Below are positions 11,819 to 21,581 of a stretch of 64,000 nucleotides of DNA, piece by piece; the stretch's first letter is position 1; each line of letters begins with the position of its first letter. The DNA lies in contig CBDBKE010000004.1 of assembly GCA_965206645.1 (NCBI GenBank), forward strand, positions 96,001-160,000, read 5' to 3'. The position numbers and the translations under genes are program-made. Under the pieces are notes generated by a model that saw only the letters and a list, made by a program, of their open reading frames with translations, made no database searches and was not told the DNA's origin. This DNA comes from Terriglobia bacterium. GTDB lineage: Bacteria; Acidobacteriota; Terriglobia; JAJPHL01; JAPKYU01.

Positions 11819-13191
11819 TCAGTTTGGGGTCTTAGTTCCTCGCCGGCGTGCCCGGCAATTTTTCTGGCTTTCCGGTACAGCCAATCCAGAGTTTTATCGT
11901 TGCGCAGCCTACTCTTGATCTTATCCGCCACCTCCGGCCTTGTCAAGCGAGCGCGTGTCACCGCAGTCTTGCCGCCTCGCGCTGCCTGTTGTGCCAGGTT
12001 CTCAGTTTCCTGCCTCAGTTCTTCCTCGCTGACCTGGATCTCCTCCCGTTCCGCGATGCGCTCCAGCAGCAGCCCGGCCCGAACGTCTCGCCGCGCGCCC
12101 TCCAGGTGTGAGGAGCGGAGGTGCGCCCAATCCAGATTCAGGCGCGCCGGGTCCACGCCCTGCGCTGCCAGCTGGCGCACGGATCGCTCCAAGCGTGCCT
12201 GGACCTGTCTGTCCACCAGCAATTCGGGCACCGGGAAGTCGTGCCGCTCCACCAGCCGGTCAATCATCTGTTCCTTGGCCTGCTGATCGGCCCGCTGGCG
12301 TTCCTGCTCGAGCAGGTTTTGCCGGATGCTAGCCCGGACTTCCTCCAGGGTTGTGAAGCGGCCCAGATCACGGGCGAACTCATCGTTGAGTTCGGGAGTC
12401 TGTTTCTGTTTAACCGCATTCACTCGTGCGGTGTAGAGCACGGTACGGCCAGCCAGGCGCTGGTCGTTGAAATCTTCCGGGTAGCTGACCGGGAAGGAGC
12501 GCTCCTCGCCTGGCCGGGCGCCCCGAAGGTGCTCGCTGAAGGCCGGAAGCGTATCGGAGCCGCCGATTTCACACAGCGCCTCTTCCAGTTTTACCGGCCC
12601 GGCGCCCACAGGCTGGCCCCGGCTCGGCTCTTGACCCTCCAGGGGTTTTTCGGCCTGGGGCTTTTCGGCCTGGGGCTTTCCGGTCAGCGACATCACGGCA
12701 AAATCTCCGTCCTCGAGTGGACGATCCTCCACTGCGACAAAGACCGCCTGCTGTTCCTGCAACTGTTTGAGACTGGCCTCAACCTGCTCCTCCGAGACGG
12801 CCGGCTCCACAACTTCCACTTCCAGTTCGGTGTAGTCGCTCAGGTCAAAGGGAGGAATCACCTCGAATACGGCTTTGAACCGCAGGGGCTGTTGGGTCTC
12901 CGTCTCCAGGGAAACCTCTTCAATCTGCGGGGAAGCGACGGGCTCCAGGTTTTCTTCCTGCACCCGACGCCGGACGTACTCGGGAACCAGCGCGTGCAGC
13001 ACCTCCTCCCGGATTTCTTCGCGAAACCGCTGTTGGATCAGGGTCCGAGGAGCCTTCCCAGGCCGGAAGCCGGGCAAGCGGGCCCGGCGCTGCAGGTGAC
13101 GTGTGACCTTCTCGGCCTCCTGTTGCACCTCTTCGGCCGGTACCTCGATGACCAGTTCGCGCTTGCAGTTTGTCGTTTCGCTGTTGCTCAT
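11815..13191 (-). CDS. tig: Trigger factor
   Basis: PGFRPGKAP ribosome-binding motif; canonical tig-clpP-clpX-lon order. Confidence 0.96.
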   Translation of the reverse strand: MSNSETTNCKRELVIEVPAEEVQQEAEKVTRHLQRRARLPGFRPGKAPRTLIQQRFREEIREEVLHALVPEYVRRRVQEENLEPVASPQIEEVSLETETQQPLRFKAVFEVIPPFDLSDYTELEVEVVEPAVSEEQVEASLKQLQEQQAVFVAVEDRPLEDGDFAVMSLTGKPQAEKPQAEKPLEGQEPSRGQPVGAGPVKLEEALCEIGGSDTLPAFSEHLRGARPGEERSFPVSYPEDFNDQRLAGRTVLYTARVNAVKQKQTPELNDEFARDLGRFTTLEEVRASIRQNLLEQERQRADQQAKEQMIDRLVERHDFPVPELLVDRQVQARLERSVRQLAAQGVDPARLNLDWAHLRSSHLEGARRDVRAGLLLERIAEREEIQVSEEELRQETENLAQQAARGGKTAVTRARLTRPEVADKIKSRLRNDKTLDWLYRKARKIAGHAGEELRPQTE

Positions 13192-13372
13192 GAAAAGAAA
13201 CTATGTCGCGCCGTCTGCCCACCAGGAGCCGCGAAGGATTCTCTCAGCGAGCGGAGCGGGGCTGGCTGAGCCTTCGCGTGCTTGAGCCAAGCGCTTGGGC
13301 CAAATGCTTCGACTGCCAATTCAATATAGCTGGGCCTGCTGCTTCAGTCAAATTCCCTGTTGGTGGACAGTT

Positions 13373-14071
13373 TCAGCGCTGCGACGAGTTGGCGGTGCGC
13401 TGGCGGACCAGGCGCAGAATGGTTTCGACCACCTCGTCCAGCGAGAGTGAAGAGGTGTCGAGGTAGACGGCATCGGCAGCCTGATGCAGGGGCGAAAGGG
13501 AGCGCTCGCGATCGCGCTGATCGCGAGCGCTGATTTCAGCCACAGTTTCCTCCAGGCGGTTTTGTTCGGCCAGACGCTTTTGCTCAGCAACGTTGGGTTC
13601 GGTTTGCAAAAGACGCCGCCGGCCCCGCACCTCCGGGGCGGCGTCCAGGAATATCTTCACCTCAGCGGCGGGGAACACCATCGTGCCGATGTCGCGGCCC
13701 TCCATGACAACGTTGCCCTGCTGGCCGAGCTTGCGCTGCTGCTCGACCAGCGCCTGCCGGACGCCTGCTACCGTGGAGACGACGGAGGCCGTCTGGGTTA
13801 CTTCGGGGGCGCGAACCGTCTCGGTGACGTCTTCCTCGCCCAGCAGCAGACGATTCCCTTCAGGCGAGGGGACAAAGCGGAACGAAGCTTGGCGGGCCAG
13901 TGCTGCCACGCCCCCCGGGTCAGCCGTGGAGACACGGCGGCGCAGCGCCAGCAGAGCCACGGCCCGGTACATGGCGCCAGTTTCGATGTACGGGAATCCG
14001 AGTCGCTCCGCCACCAACCGGGAGACAGTGCTTTTTCCCGCTCCGGCCGGCCCATCAATAGTAATCACCAT
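13373..14071 (-). CDS. cmk: Cytidylate kinase
   Basis: ITIDGPAGAGKST, TGAMYRA, MEGRDIGT. Confidence 0.96.
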   Translation of the reverse strand: MVITIDGPAGAGKSTVSRLVAERLGFPYIETGAMYRAVALLALRRRVSTADPGGVAALARQASFRFVPSPEGNRLLLGEEDVTETVRAPEVTQTASVVSTVAGVRQALVEQQRKLGQQGNVVMEGRDIGTMVFPAAEVKIFLDAAPEVRGRRRLLQTEPNVAEQKRLAEQNRLEETVAEISARDQRDRERSLSPLHQAADAVYLDTSSLSLDEVVETILRLVRQRTANSSQR

Positions 14072-14098
14072 ACGGTAGGAAGCTATCGGGAGAAAAGT

Positions 14099-14180
14099 GA
14101 ATCCACAGATTGCGCAGATTTTCGCAGATTGTCATGTACAGACCCGCGGCGGAATCCCAATATCTGCAAAATCTGCGGAT
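14099..14180. repeat. Intergenic imperfect inverted repeat built from CAGATT / ATCTG units
   Basis: CACAGATTGCGCAGATTTTCGCAGATT followed by ATCTGCAAAATCTGCGG, between mutL and cmk. Confidence 0.6.
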
Positions 14181-14219
14181 GCTTGCCGTTTCCCATTTTG
14201 AAGATCAGGATACGTCTCG

Positions 14220-16217
14220 CTACAGCCGGTGGAAGGCCTTCAGGATTTCGCGCAGCGAATATTTCAGCACCACCGGCCGGCCGTGCGGGCAACTCATTGG
14301 GGCTTCGGTGCGTGCCAGCGCGTCGAGCAGCCACTGCATCTTGGCTTGGTCCAGCGGCGTGTTGATCTTGATGGCGGCGTGGCAAGCGATGGAAGCGGCC
14401 ACTCGCCCGCGTGCATCCTCAAGCGGGCTCACGTGGGAGACCTCCTGCCCGTCCAGCAGATCGCACAGCATGACCTCAAGTTGCTGCGCGGGGATGCCCG
14501 CCGGCGCCGCTTTCACCGCCACCGTGCGCTGCCCGAACGGCTCGATCTCGAAGCCGTTGGCGTCCAGTTCCTTGCCGATCTGCTCCAGGGTGGCCTGCTG
14601 AGCGGGTGTGAGCTGTAGGACCAGGGGCATCAGCAACTGCTGGACCTGCCGGCGGCCGGCAGCCCGATCGCGAACCGTCTTCTCAAACAGCACTCGCTCG
14701 TGGGCTACGTGTTGGTCAACAATCCACAAGCCCTCATCGCTGGCGGCTACTATAAAGCTCTGCTGGAGCTGGCCCAGGGGGCGCAACCCGGCCAGCTCAT
14801 CGGTGGCCGTCGAGGGCGGCTCGGCTGACAGATCACGGAGCGAGGTGTCCAGCGCTGTTGCCGCCGGCTCCGTCTGGGGAGTTGCGATGACTCCAGAAAG
14901 AGCCGCGCCGGGACCGCTCCCTGAAGGTCGAGGCTCTGCTGTTGACGCCCGCACCTCGAAAGGCGTCACAGTGGCAAATGGGAGGCGGCGCGCCTCCGGC
15001 TCCGGCTGCGGTGCCGTCAGGTGGAAATCACCGGACGGGGCGGTGCCGGAGGGCTGGACAAAGGGGCCTGCCAGCACCGGCTGCGGTTCGAGCGCCGGTG
15101 GCGAACTCACTGGAAAGGTAGAGACGGGGCGCGTCTCGGTCAACCGTCGCCGCACTGAGTCGCGCACAAAATCGTGCACGAACCCGTGGTGGCGGAAGCG
15201 CACCTCGATCTTGGCAGGATGCACGTTGACGTCCACTTCGTCGAACGGGACCTCCAGGAACAGCAGCGCCAGGGGGAATGCCGCCGGCGGGATCAGGTTT
15301 CGGTATGCTTCGCTGAGCGCGCGCAGCAGCACTCGATCCCGGATCAGCCGGCGGTTGACGAAAATAAAGATGGAGTTGCGGTTGGCTTTCTGCACTTGCG
15401 GCCGGGAGACAAACCCGCTCAGGCGAAGCGTCTTAACGGTGCTTTGACGTTCTCGATCGGAGTCGGCTGCCGTCGGGTGTTCGGGAGTGAAACCCGGCAG
15501 CACCGAGGTAGGCGCGGGCAGCACCAGCTTGGTCTCGATCGTGCCCAGCTCAACCAATTGGTCCAGCATGTCGGCTCCAAAGACCTGAAACAGGCGTTCG
15601 CGCTGCGTCTGGACCGGCGTGACGTTCAACAGTTCGCCGCTGCTGGACGACAACGTAAGGTGCCGCTCGGGGTGGGCCAGAGCGTAGTGAGTCACCAGCG
15701 AGGCCACGTGCCCCAGTTCGGTGGCCTCTTTGCGAAGGAATTTGCGGCGGGCGGGGATGTTGTAAAAAAGGTCGCGGACGGTGATGCAGGTGCCCACCGG
15801 CAGGCCGGCGTCGCGCACGTCGCGCAGGCGCCCGCCGTGAACCTCCACGCGCGTTCCCGAGGGCTCCTCGGCTGGGCGGGTCTCCAGCACCAGCCGCGAG
15901 ACAGCGGCGATGGAGGGCAGCGCCTCGCCGCGGAAGCCCAGCGTGGCCACCGATAGCAGGTCATCGGCGGTGCGCAGCTTGCTGGTGGCGTGCCGCTCGA
16001 AGGCCAGCAGAGCGTCGTCGCGGAGCATCCCGCAGCCGTCGTCGGCCACCCGCACCAGCCTCCTGCCACCAGCCTCCACCTCGACGCGGACTCGGCTGGC
16101 ACCGGCATCCAGCGCGTTCTCCACCAGTTCCTTGACCGCCGACGCGGGGCGCTCCACCACTTCCCCTGCTGCGATCTTGTTGGCCACGCTGTCGGGAAGA
16201 ATGCGGATCTTGCCCAT
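14220..16217 (-). CDS. mutL: DNA mismatch repair endonuclease MutL
   Basis: IAAGEVVERP, GFRGEAL, DQHVAHER endonuclease motif, ACH, CPHGRP. Confidence 0.98.
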   Translation of the reverse strand: MGKIRILPDSVANKIAAGEVVERPASAVKELVENALDAGASRVRVEVEAGGRRLVRVADDGCGMLRDDALLAFERHATSKLRTADDLLSVATLGFRGEALPSIAAVSRLVLETRPAEEPSGTRVEVHGGRLRDVRDAGLPVGTCITVRDLFYNIPARRKFLRKEATELGHVASLVTHYALAHPERHLTLSSSSGELLNVTPVQTQRERLFQVFGADMLDQLVELGTIETKLVLPAPTSVLPGFTPEHPTAADSDRERQSTVKTLRLSGFVSRPQVQKANRNSIFIFVNRRLIRDRVLLRALSEAYRNLIPPAAFPLALLFLEVPFDEVDVNVHPAKIEVRFRHHGFVHDFVRDSVRRRLTETRPVSTFPVSSPPALEPQPVLAGPFVQPSGTAPSGDFHLTAPQPEPEARRLPFATVTPFEVRASTAEPRPSGSGPGAALSGVIATPQTEPAATALDTSLRDLSAEPPSTATDELAGLRPLGQLQQSFIVAASDEGLWIVDQHVAHERVLFEKTVRDRAAGRRQVQQLLMPLVLQLTPAQQATLEQIGKELDANGFEIEPFGQRTVAVKAAPAGIPAQQLEVMLCDLLDGQEVSHVSPLEDARGRVAASIACHAAIKINTPLDQAKMQWLLDALARTEAPMSCPHGRPVVLKYSLREILKAFHRL

Positions 16218-16407
16218 GCCTGTTCCCTATTTCACCATCAAGCTAGCGAGACACAAAGAATTTTTACCGGGCACCTCTGCATGTCATCCCGCTCATGTCA
16301 CCCCAAGCGAGCGAGGGACCCGCTTGGTCGTTCCTGCGGCCAGGGTTTTTGCAATTGAAAGCTTCCGCTGCATAGGAATAGACTACGCCCAACGGAGTCG
16401 CGGAAAC

Positions 16408-17530
16408 GTGCCACCACCTTTATCCGCCGTCGGAGCAATCTCCCCAGCTTTTGAGCAGACGCGTCGGCAGCTGTTCCAACCCTTTCGATTCGCTTTCTGG
16501 GCGCGCCTGGGTATGGTGTCCGTGGCGACCAGGGAGTTTGCTGGCGGTGGCTGGGGTGGTGGGGCGTAGCAGCAGCATCCCCATTCCCTCGCAGCAGGAG
16601 GAGGGCGGCGAGCTAGGCTTCGCACTGCTGGTGCCCCCCAATCCGGTCTGGCAGCGCATGCAGGAATATCTCCCCTGGATCCTGGCGGGAGTGGTGGCGT
16701 TGGTGATCTTGGGGCTCATCGCGGTTTATATTTCCTGCGTCTTCCGTTTCATCCTGCTTGATGCCGTACTCCGGGACCGCTGCGAGCTGGGCGAGGGCTG
16801 GCGCCGCTGGCAGCAGCAGGGAAGCAGCTTCTTTCTCTGGGTGATTGGCTTCGGCCTGGCGATGCTGGCCGGTTTGGCCCTGCTTGTCGGCGGGCCGATC
16901 TATCTGGCCTGGCAGGCGGGGGTCTTTCGCCAACCCAACGAGCATGTCGGCCTGCTGGTAGGCGGAGGCGTGGCGCTGTTCTTCTTGCTCTTGGCGTTCT
17001 TCCTGCTCGGGGCGCTGGTGGCTGTGTTCGCTAAGGACTTCGTTGTTCCCTTGATGGCCCTGGAGGAGCTGGGGGTGCTGGACGCTTGGCGGCGATTGCT
17101 TCCCATGCTGGGAGCCGAGAAGACAGCCTATGCAGGGTACGTGCTGATGAAGATCGTACTGGCGCTAGGCAGCAGCATGCTGTTCGGAATCGTCAACCTT
17201 TTCGTCTTGCTGGCGCTGTTCATTCCTTTGGGAATCGTCAGCGTTGTCCTCGTTCTGGCTGGGAAGGCGGCGGGACTCTCCTGGACCGTGTACACCGTCG
17301 GAGCGGCAATCGTGTTGTTTGCCGTCGCCCTGTCAGCCGTCATCTACGTCATCGCTTTCGTCTCCGCGCCGGCGATGTTCTTTTTTCAGTCATACAGGCT
17401 GCATTTCTTTGGCGCACGCTATCCTGCGCTGGGCGCCCTTCTGGCCCCTCCACCATCTCCACCATCGGCTCCACCATCGGCCCCTCCATCGCCCGCCCCA
17501 CCGGCGCCGACTCCGGCCCCGGCGTTCTGA
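16408..17530 (+). CDS. Multi-pass membrane protein of unknown function with Pro-rich tail; apparent frameshift near 16560
   Basis: GGAG RBS then GTG at 16408 (VPPPLSAVGAISPAFEQTRRQLFQPFRFAFWARL..) stops at 16569. The hydrophobic body continues in the +1 frame (ORF 16451-17530). The break lies in a G-rich tract. Confidence 0.7.
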
Positions 17531-17581
17531 AGGAACAGTTCCATGCATCGCATTAACTAATTGAAAATGATACGTTTATAT

Positions 17582-18625
17582 CTACAGGGAGCTGGCTTGC
17601 GGGCTAGAGGAGCCGTCGGCCACGACCACGGCTTGCTGAAGGGCCACGTCGCGGTGAAACTTGAGCATGGCCACCACCAAGCCCAGCAACACCGGACCGA
17701 GCACGAAGCCGATGACCCCAAACACGTAGATGCCGCCGATCACCCCCAGCAGCGCGACCAGAGGATGGAGTTGCGCGCGGCCGGCAATCAGCCGCGGCTT
17801 CAGCACGTTGTCAATATTCATGACCACCACGCCGCCGTAGATCAGCAGTCCAATCCCGCCGACCTTGTCCCCCACCGCCAGCCGCGAAATGGCCATCGGC
17901 ACCCAGACCGCGGTGGCGCCGACGACCGGAATCATGGCTGCCGTTGTGGTGACGAGGGTCCAGAGCAGGGCATGGGGAACGTGGAAAACTACGTAGCCGA
18001 TCCCGGCCAGCGAGCCCTGGACCAAAGCGGTGATGAACTGCCCGTAGATCACGGCGCCGAGGGTTTGCTTCAGGTTCAGCGTCAGCAGCGGCTTCACTGC
18101 ATCTTCCAGCGGCAGGATCAACAGGAAGTTCTGCCAGAACAGACGGCCATCCCGCAGCACGTAGTAGAGGGTGTAGAGCAGGACGAACAGTCCGAGGGCC
18201 GTGTTGCCAATGGCTCCGATGATGCTGGGAGCAGCGCGCAGGGTGGCATCGCGCACCCGCCCCATGTAAATGGTCAAGTTCTCGCTGAGAGGGATGTGGC
18301 GGCCCAGCATGGCGTCCAGCCATTGGTTTACTTTCTCCACCGCCTGGCTCAGGTCGGCTGAGCGGAGCGCGCCGGGAATCTCCTCGACCACCTGCATCAC
18401 GATCAAAAGTACGGGGAGCGCCACTACAAACAGCACCAGCAGCACCAGCAGGGCCGCTCGCAGGTCGGCAGAACGGAGGGCCCATGCCATACGGTCGTAC
18501 ACCGGCAACAGCAGGTAGCCCAGGATGATGGCGACCATCACCGGGATGAACAGCGGCAGCAGCATCGCGGCCGACAGAAGTCCCAGGGCACCCAAGAGGA
18601 TGTAGAAGGCGACCCGGCCTTTCAT
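17582..18625 (-). CDS. AI-2E family transporter
   Basis: Hydrophobic 347 aa with IDNVLKPRL, LHPLVALLGVIGG, FGVIGFVLGP. Confidence 0.9.
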   Translation of the reverse strand: MKGRVAFYILLGALGLLSAAMLLPLFIPVMVAIILGYLLLPVYDRMAWALRSADLRAALLVLLVLFVVALPVLLIVMQVVEEIPGALRSADLSQAVEKVNQWLDAMLGRHIPLSENLTIYMGRVRDATLRAAPSIIGAIGNTALGLFVLLYTLYYVLRDGRLFWQNFLLILPLEDAVKPLLTLNLKQTLGAVIYGQFITALVQGSLAGIGYVVFHVPHALLWTLVTTTAAMIPVVGATAVWVPMAISRLAVGDKVGGIGLLIYGGVVVMNIDNVLKPRLIAGRAQLHPLVALLGVIGGIYVFGVIGFVLGPVLLGLVVAMLKFHRDVALQQAVVVADGSSSPQASSL

Positions 18626-18785
18626 AGCCGAAGTATACTTTGCCGCAGGCCGCTGAGAGCGGTCTTTCCTGAGTGAAGCGCTTCGCGATCCGTGCCGCCA
18701 GTGTCCGCCAACTCTGCTCCGGCCGGTGGGTGCTGCGAACAGCTTCTTACGGTTTTTCAGCCTGCGGTCAGGTATAATGGCCCGG

Positions 18786-19628
18786 GTGAGTCAGGTGGCG
18801 CAGACGGAACTGGAGACCAAGGAACAGTCGCTTTTGGACAAGCAGCGGGCGCTTTTGGAATCGTTGCGGGCACTCCAGTCGACGATTGTGGCTTTTTCGG
18901 GTGGCACCGACTCCGCCTACCTGGCCTGGGCCGCCCGCCAGGCCGTGGGAGACAGCGCGCTGGCAGTGACTGCCGACAGCCCGAGCATGCCCCGCAGCCA
19001 CCTCCAGGATGCCGTGGAGTTCGCACAGCGCTTCGGCATCCGCCACGAAGTGATCGCCACCGAGGAGTTCGATAATCCCCTTTACGTGCGCAACGACCCC
19101 AACCGCTGCTTCCACTGCAAGGACGAGCTGTTCACTTGCCTGGGCGAAATCGCCGCCGAGCGCGGGTTTGCTTCTGTCTGCTACGGAATCAACAAGGACG
19201 ACACCGGCGACTTCCGGCCCGGCCACGGCGCGGCCCAAAAACACCGCGTGCTCTCACCGCTGCTGGACGCCGGACTCAGCAAGCCTGAGATCCGCGAGTT
19301 ATCGCAGCGCGCCGGACTTCCCACCTGGGATCGCCCCGCGTCAGCGTGCCTGTCCTCCCGCATCCCCTATGGCACGCCGGTGACTCGGGAAAACCTGAGC
19401 CGCGTGGAGGCCGGCGAAGAGGCGCTGCACGCGCTGGGATTCCGCCAGTGCCGCGTGCGGTTCCACGGTGAAATGGTGCGGCTGGAGATTGCCGAAGACG
19501 AGCTGCCACGCGCGCTCACCCCGGAAATGGCCCGCGAGTTCACCCGCATCTTCAAAGAACTGGGCTTTCAGTTCGTGACCCTGGACCTGGAAGGCTACCG
19601 CCAGGGCTCCCTCAACGTCCTGCGCTAA
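18786..19628 (+). CDS. larE: LarE-family ATP-dependent sulfur transferase (PP-loop)
   Basis: AFSGGTDS, RCFHCK, DFRPG, SACLSSRIPYG, LDLEGYRQGSLN. Start is ATG 18777 or leaderless GTG 18786. Confidence 0.88.
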   Translation: MSQVAQTELETKEQSLLDKQRALLESLRALQSTIVAFSGGTDSAYLAWAARQAVGDSALAVTADSPSMPRSHLQDAVEFAQRFGIRHEVIATEEFDNPLYVRNDPNRCFHCKDELFTCLGEIAAERGFASVCYGINKDDTGDFRPGHGAAQKHRVLSPLLDAGLSKPEIRELSQRAGLPTWDRPASACLSSRIPYGTPVTRENLSRVEAGEEALHALGFRQCRVRFHGEMVRLEIAEDELPRALTPEMAREFTRIFKELGFQFVTLDLEGYRQGSLNVLR

Positions 19629-19652
19629 CAATATCAAACGGACGCATACAAA

Positions 19653-19717
19653 CCGAGCCGCGAGCGTGAGCGAGCGGTCAATCACACCTGTCCGAGCCGC
19701 GAACGTGAGCGAGCGGT
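19653..19717 (+). repeat. Two tandem REP-like palindromes CCGAGCCGCGA(G/A)CGTGAGCGAGCGGT
   Basis: Copies at 19653-19679 and 19692-19717, immediately downstream of the HUH transposase gene. Confidence 0.85.
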
Positions 19718-19721
19718 GGCA

Positions 19722-20309
19722 TTATCTTGGAACATTGCTTTCCCACCTTTGCCCAAAACGCACTAGTCGGTCCTTGTCCTCAAATACCGCCATAGGCTCA
19801 CCCTGTTCGTGGACAACATATTGAATCGCCTGTTCGACTTCTTCACGTTTCCAAAGATATCGAGTGCTCGCGTGTCGCGCCCAACGTTTGCGTTCTGGAA
19901 TGTCGAGACCCGGCTGGTTTAAGCGGCGGCTCGCATAGGCCTTGAAATCCTTCACTACCCGTTCGGGGGACTCTGACGCCCGAACAACTGCGTGAACGTG
20001 GCTGGAACGCACGTGCGCAGCCAGAAGAAACCAACCTCTGTGTAGCGCGACGTCCCGAAAAGCCCGCATGACCCAGCTACGGCTGCGCTCATCAAGTTGA
20101 TAGGGCGCCTGCACCATGCGCTTCCTCTCCGCCTCTGCTAACCGGAGATTCGGTGGCAGGAAATCGGTCCCAGGTACATTGTGATGGCGATCAACCGAGC
20201 CGGATTCGTCCCCGTGCAGTTTCCCGCCGTAGCAAGCAGAAGTGAGAAGGTAGGCGAGAGGGACCGCTCGCTCACGCTCGCCGCTCTGATTCTTTCCTGG
20301 AGTGTTCAT
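19722..20309 (-). CDS. REP-associated tyrosine transposase (RAYT; IS200/IS605 Y1 HUH superfamily)
   Basis: LAYLLTSACYG.LHGD.GSVD N-terminus, HVH (HUH) motif, KAYASR, RWARH, catalytic Tyr in AIQYV; flanked by REPs. Confidence 0.85.
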   Translation of the reverse strand: MNTPGKNQSGERERAVPLAYLLTSACYGGKLHGDESGSVDRHHNVPGTDFLPPNLRLAEAERKRMVQAPYQLDERSRSWVMRAFRDVALHRGWFLLAAHVRSSHVHAVVRASESPERVVKDFKAYASRRLNQPGLDIPERKRWARHASTRYLWKREEVEQAIQYVVHEQGEPMAVFEDKDRLVRFGQRWESNVPR

Positions 20310-20421
20310 TTGCCGGCCACGTTTCCCATGTTTGGATCAACGTAGCCTATTGTTTGCATTTTGTTTGCATTTCCACCGTCGGGGATGGGGCAACGTAGCG
20401 CCATATCCTGCAATTTATAGT

Positions 20422-20550
20422 CTAGTGTCGCGTCCCAGAAATTCGCCACAAAAGTTCATGACCACTCGCTCACGCTCGTGGCTCGGAAACGCGTTGAAAT
20501 TACAGAGCCGCGCGCGTCAGCAAGCGGTCTCACGCGCACACAAACAGAGG
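20422..20550. repeat. REP doublet (REPIN-like) with IS-like left end CTAGTGTCGCGTCCCAGAAAT
   Basis: Inverted REP pair, near-identical to 58401-58538 and, as reverse complement, to much of 30847-30985. Confidence 0.85.
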
Positions 20551-20581
20551 TTGTGGAGCAGCTTGCTCTGTACACGCGGAG

Positions 20582-21329
20582 TTACTTCACGATGGGGATG
20601 GAGGGGCGGGGAATCAGCAGGCCGAGCAGGCGGCGCCAGAAGCTTTTTTTGCGCGGTGAGAGCATGTCCCGGACGTGGCCGGCGGCCTCGGCGGTGGCGG
20701 CCGTGGTCTTCTCCAAATTTGCGGTGGAACGCTCCAGGTTCTCGGTTGAGCGCACCAGGGCCGGGCTGCCCGCCAGCCGCTCCAGGTTCTCCACCGCGCC
20801 GCGGCTGGCGCCCAGCAGCAGGTTGGCTTGGTGGCCCAGCGTGTCGGTCTGGCCGGCGAGGGTGAGGGCGGCCACGCTGAAATTGTCCAGAGCGCGGCTG
20901 GCAGCCTGGCTGACTTGCTCGGAGCGATTGTCCATATTGGTCGTCAGGTGGGCCAGGCGGGCTTCGGTGCGGCCGTTGCGGGTCCGGTAGAGAACCTCGT
21001 GTCCCCGTGCTGAGCGGCTGTTTGCGGGCCGGCGAGGGGCGGCGTTGAGGTGTAGGCTGAGTAGCAGTGCGGCCTGGTTTTCCTGCGCCAGCGTCACACG
21101 CTGCCGGAGGCTGCGGGAGGTGGAGCTGTCGGGGCGCGTTAGCAGGGTGGGGAAGCCGCGGGCGCTCCAGCGCGATCGTGTAGCGAAGCGCAAAGTCGGC
21201 TTCGGTCGCCACGATTTGGTCCGGGCCATGGCCGTTGCGGCTGTAGCGCACCGCGCCTGGGTCGAACAGGCCCGGCCTTCGGTTGCTCTGCCCGTGTCCC
21301 GCGTCCACGATGATCAGCTTGGTCTGCAC
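20582..21329 (-). pseudogene. Frameshifted, truncated N-acetylmuramoyl-L-alanine amidase (Amidase_3) fused to an unrelated helical C-terminus; possible prophage relic
   Basis: IIVDAGHG, DPGA and TEAD in one frame; LTR, SLHLNA and ARGHEVLY in another (shift near 21165). The C-terminal catalytic Glu region is absent. Confidence 0.7.
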
Positions 21330-21453
21330 TCTAGTTGTCCGCCATCTCTAGGGTCAGGTGCGGACCGGCCGGGGTAGCGCCGGCCCGCACGCTAGGGCCA
21401 AGAAGAGATGGTAAGTGCAGTCTCAGGTGCGTTGCCATCGGCCGTCAAAAAGG

Positions 21454-21516
21454 GGCAAGATGGGCAATCGCGGCGAGATCGGCGAGACCGGCAATGTCGG
21501 CAAGACCGGCAAGCGG
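21454..21516. repeat. Degenerate 9-bp tandem repeat (GGCAAGACC-like, about 7 units)
   Basis: ggcaagatg ggcaatcgc ggcgagatc ggcgagacc ggcaatgtc ggcaagacc ggcaagcgg. Confidence 0.6.
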
Positions 21517-21581
21517 GCCCGCGTTGCCGCCCGGGAGAAATTGAGCGGCTCTCTATAGAGGGACGCTAGAATTGGTCCTGC

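Noticed and set aside
12643-12680. 15-bp in-frame duplication in tig ([12 protein letters not shown])
   Set aside because: A small slippage insertion in a variable loop with no sign of function.
13200-13340. tRNA-Leu often found upstream of tig
   Set aside because: No T-loop GTTCRA or acceptor stem found; only an imperfect hairpin is present.
16282-16322. TGTCATCCC...AGCGAGGGACC, resembling another REP family
   Set aside because: A single degenerate copy in the window is not enough to call a repeat.
19653-19717. Direct repeats as a CRISPR array
   Set aside because: Only two units with a 12-bp gap, dispersed inverted copies elsewhere, no cas genes, and an adjacent RAYT gene. These are REPs.
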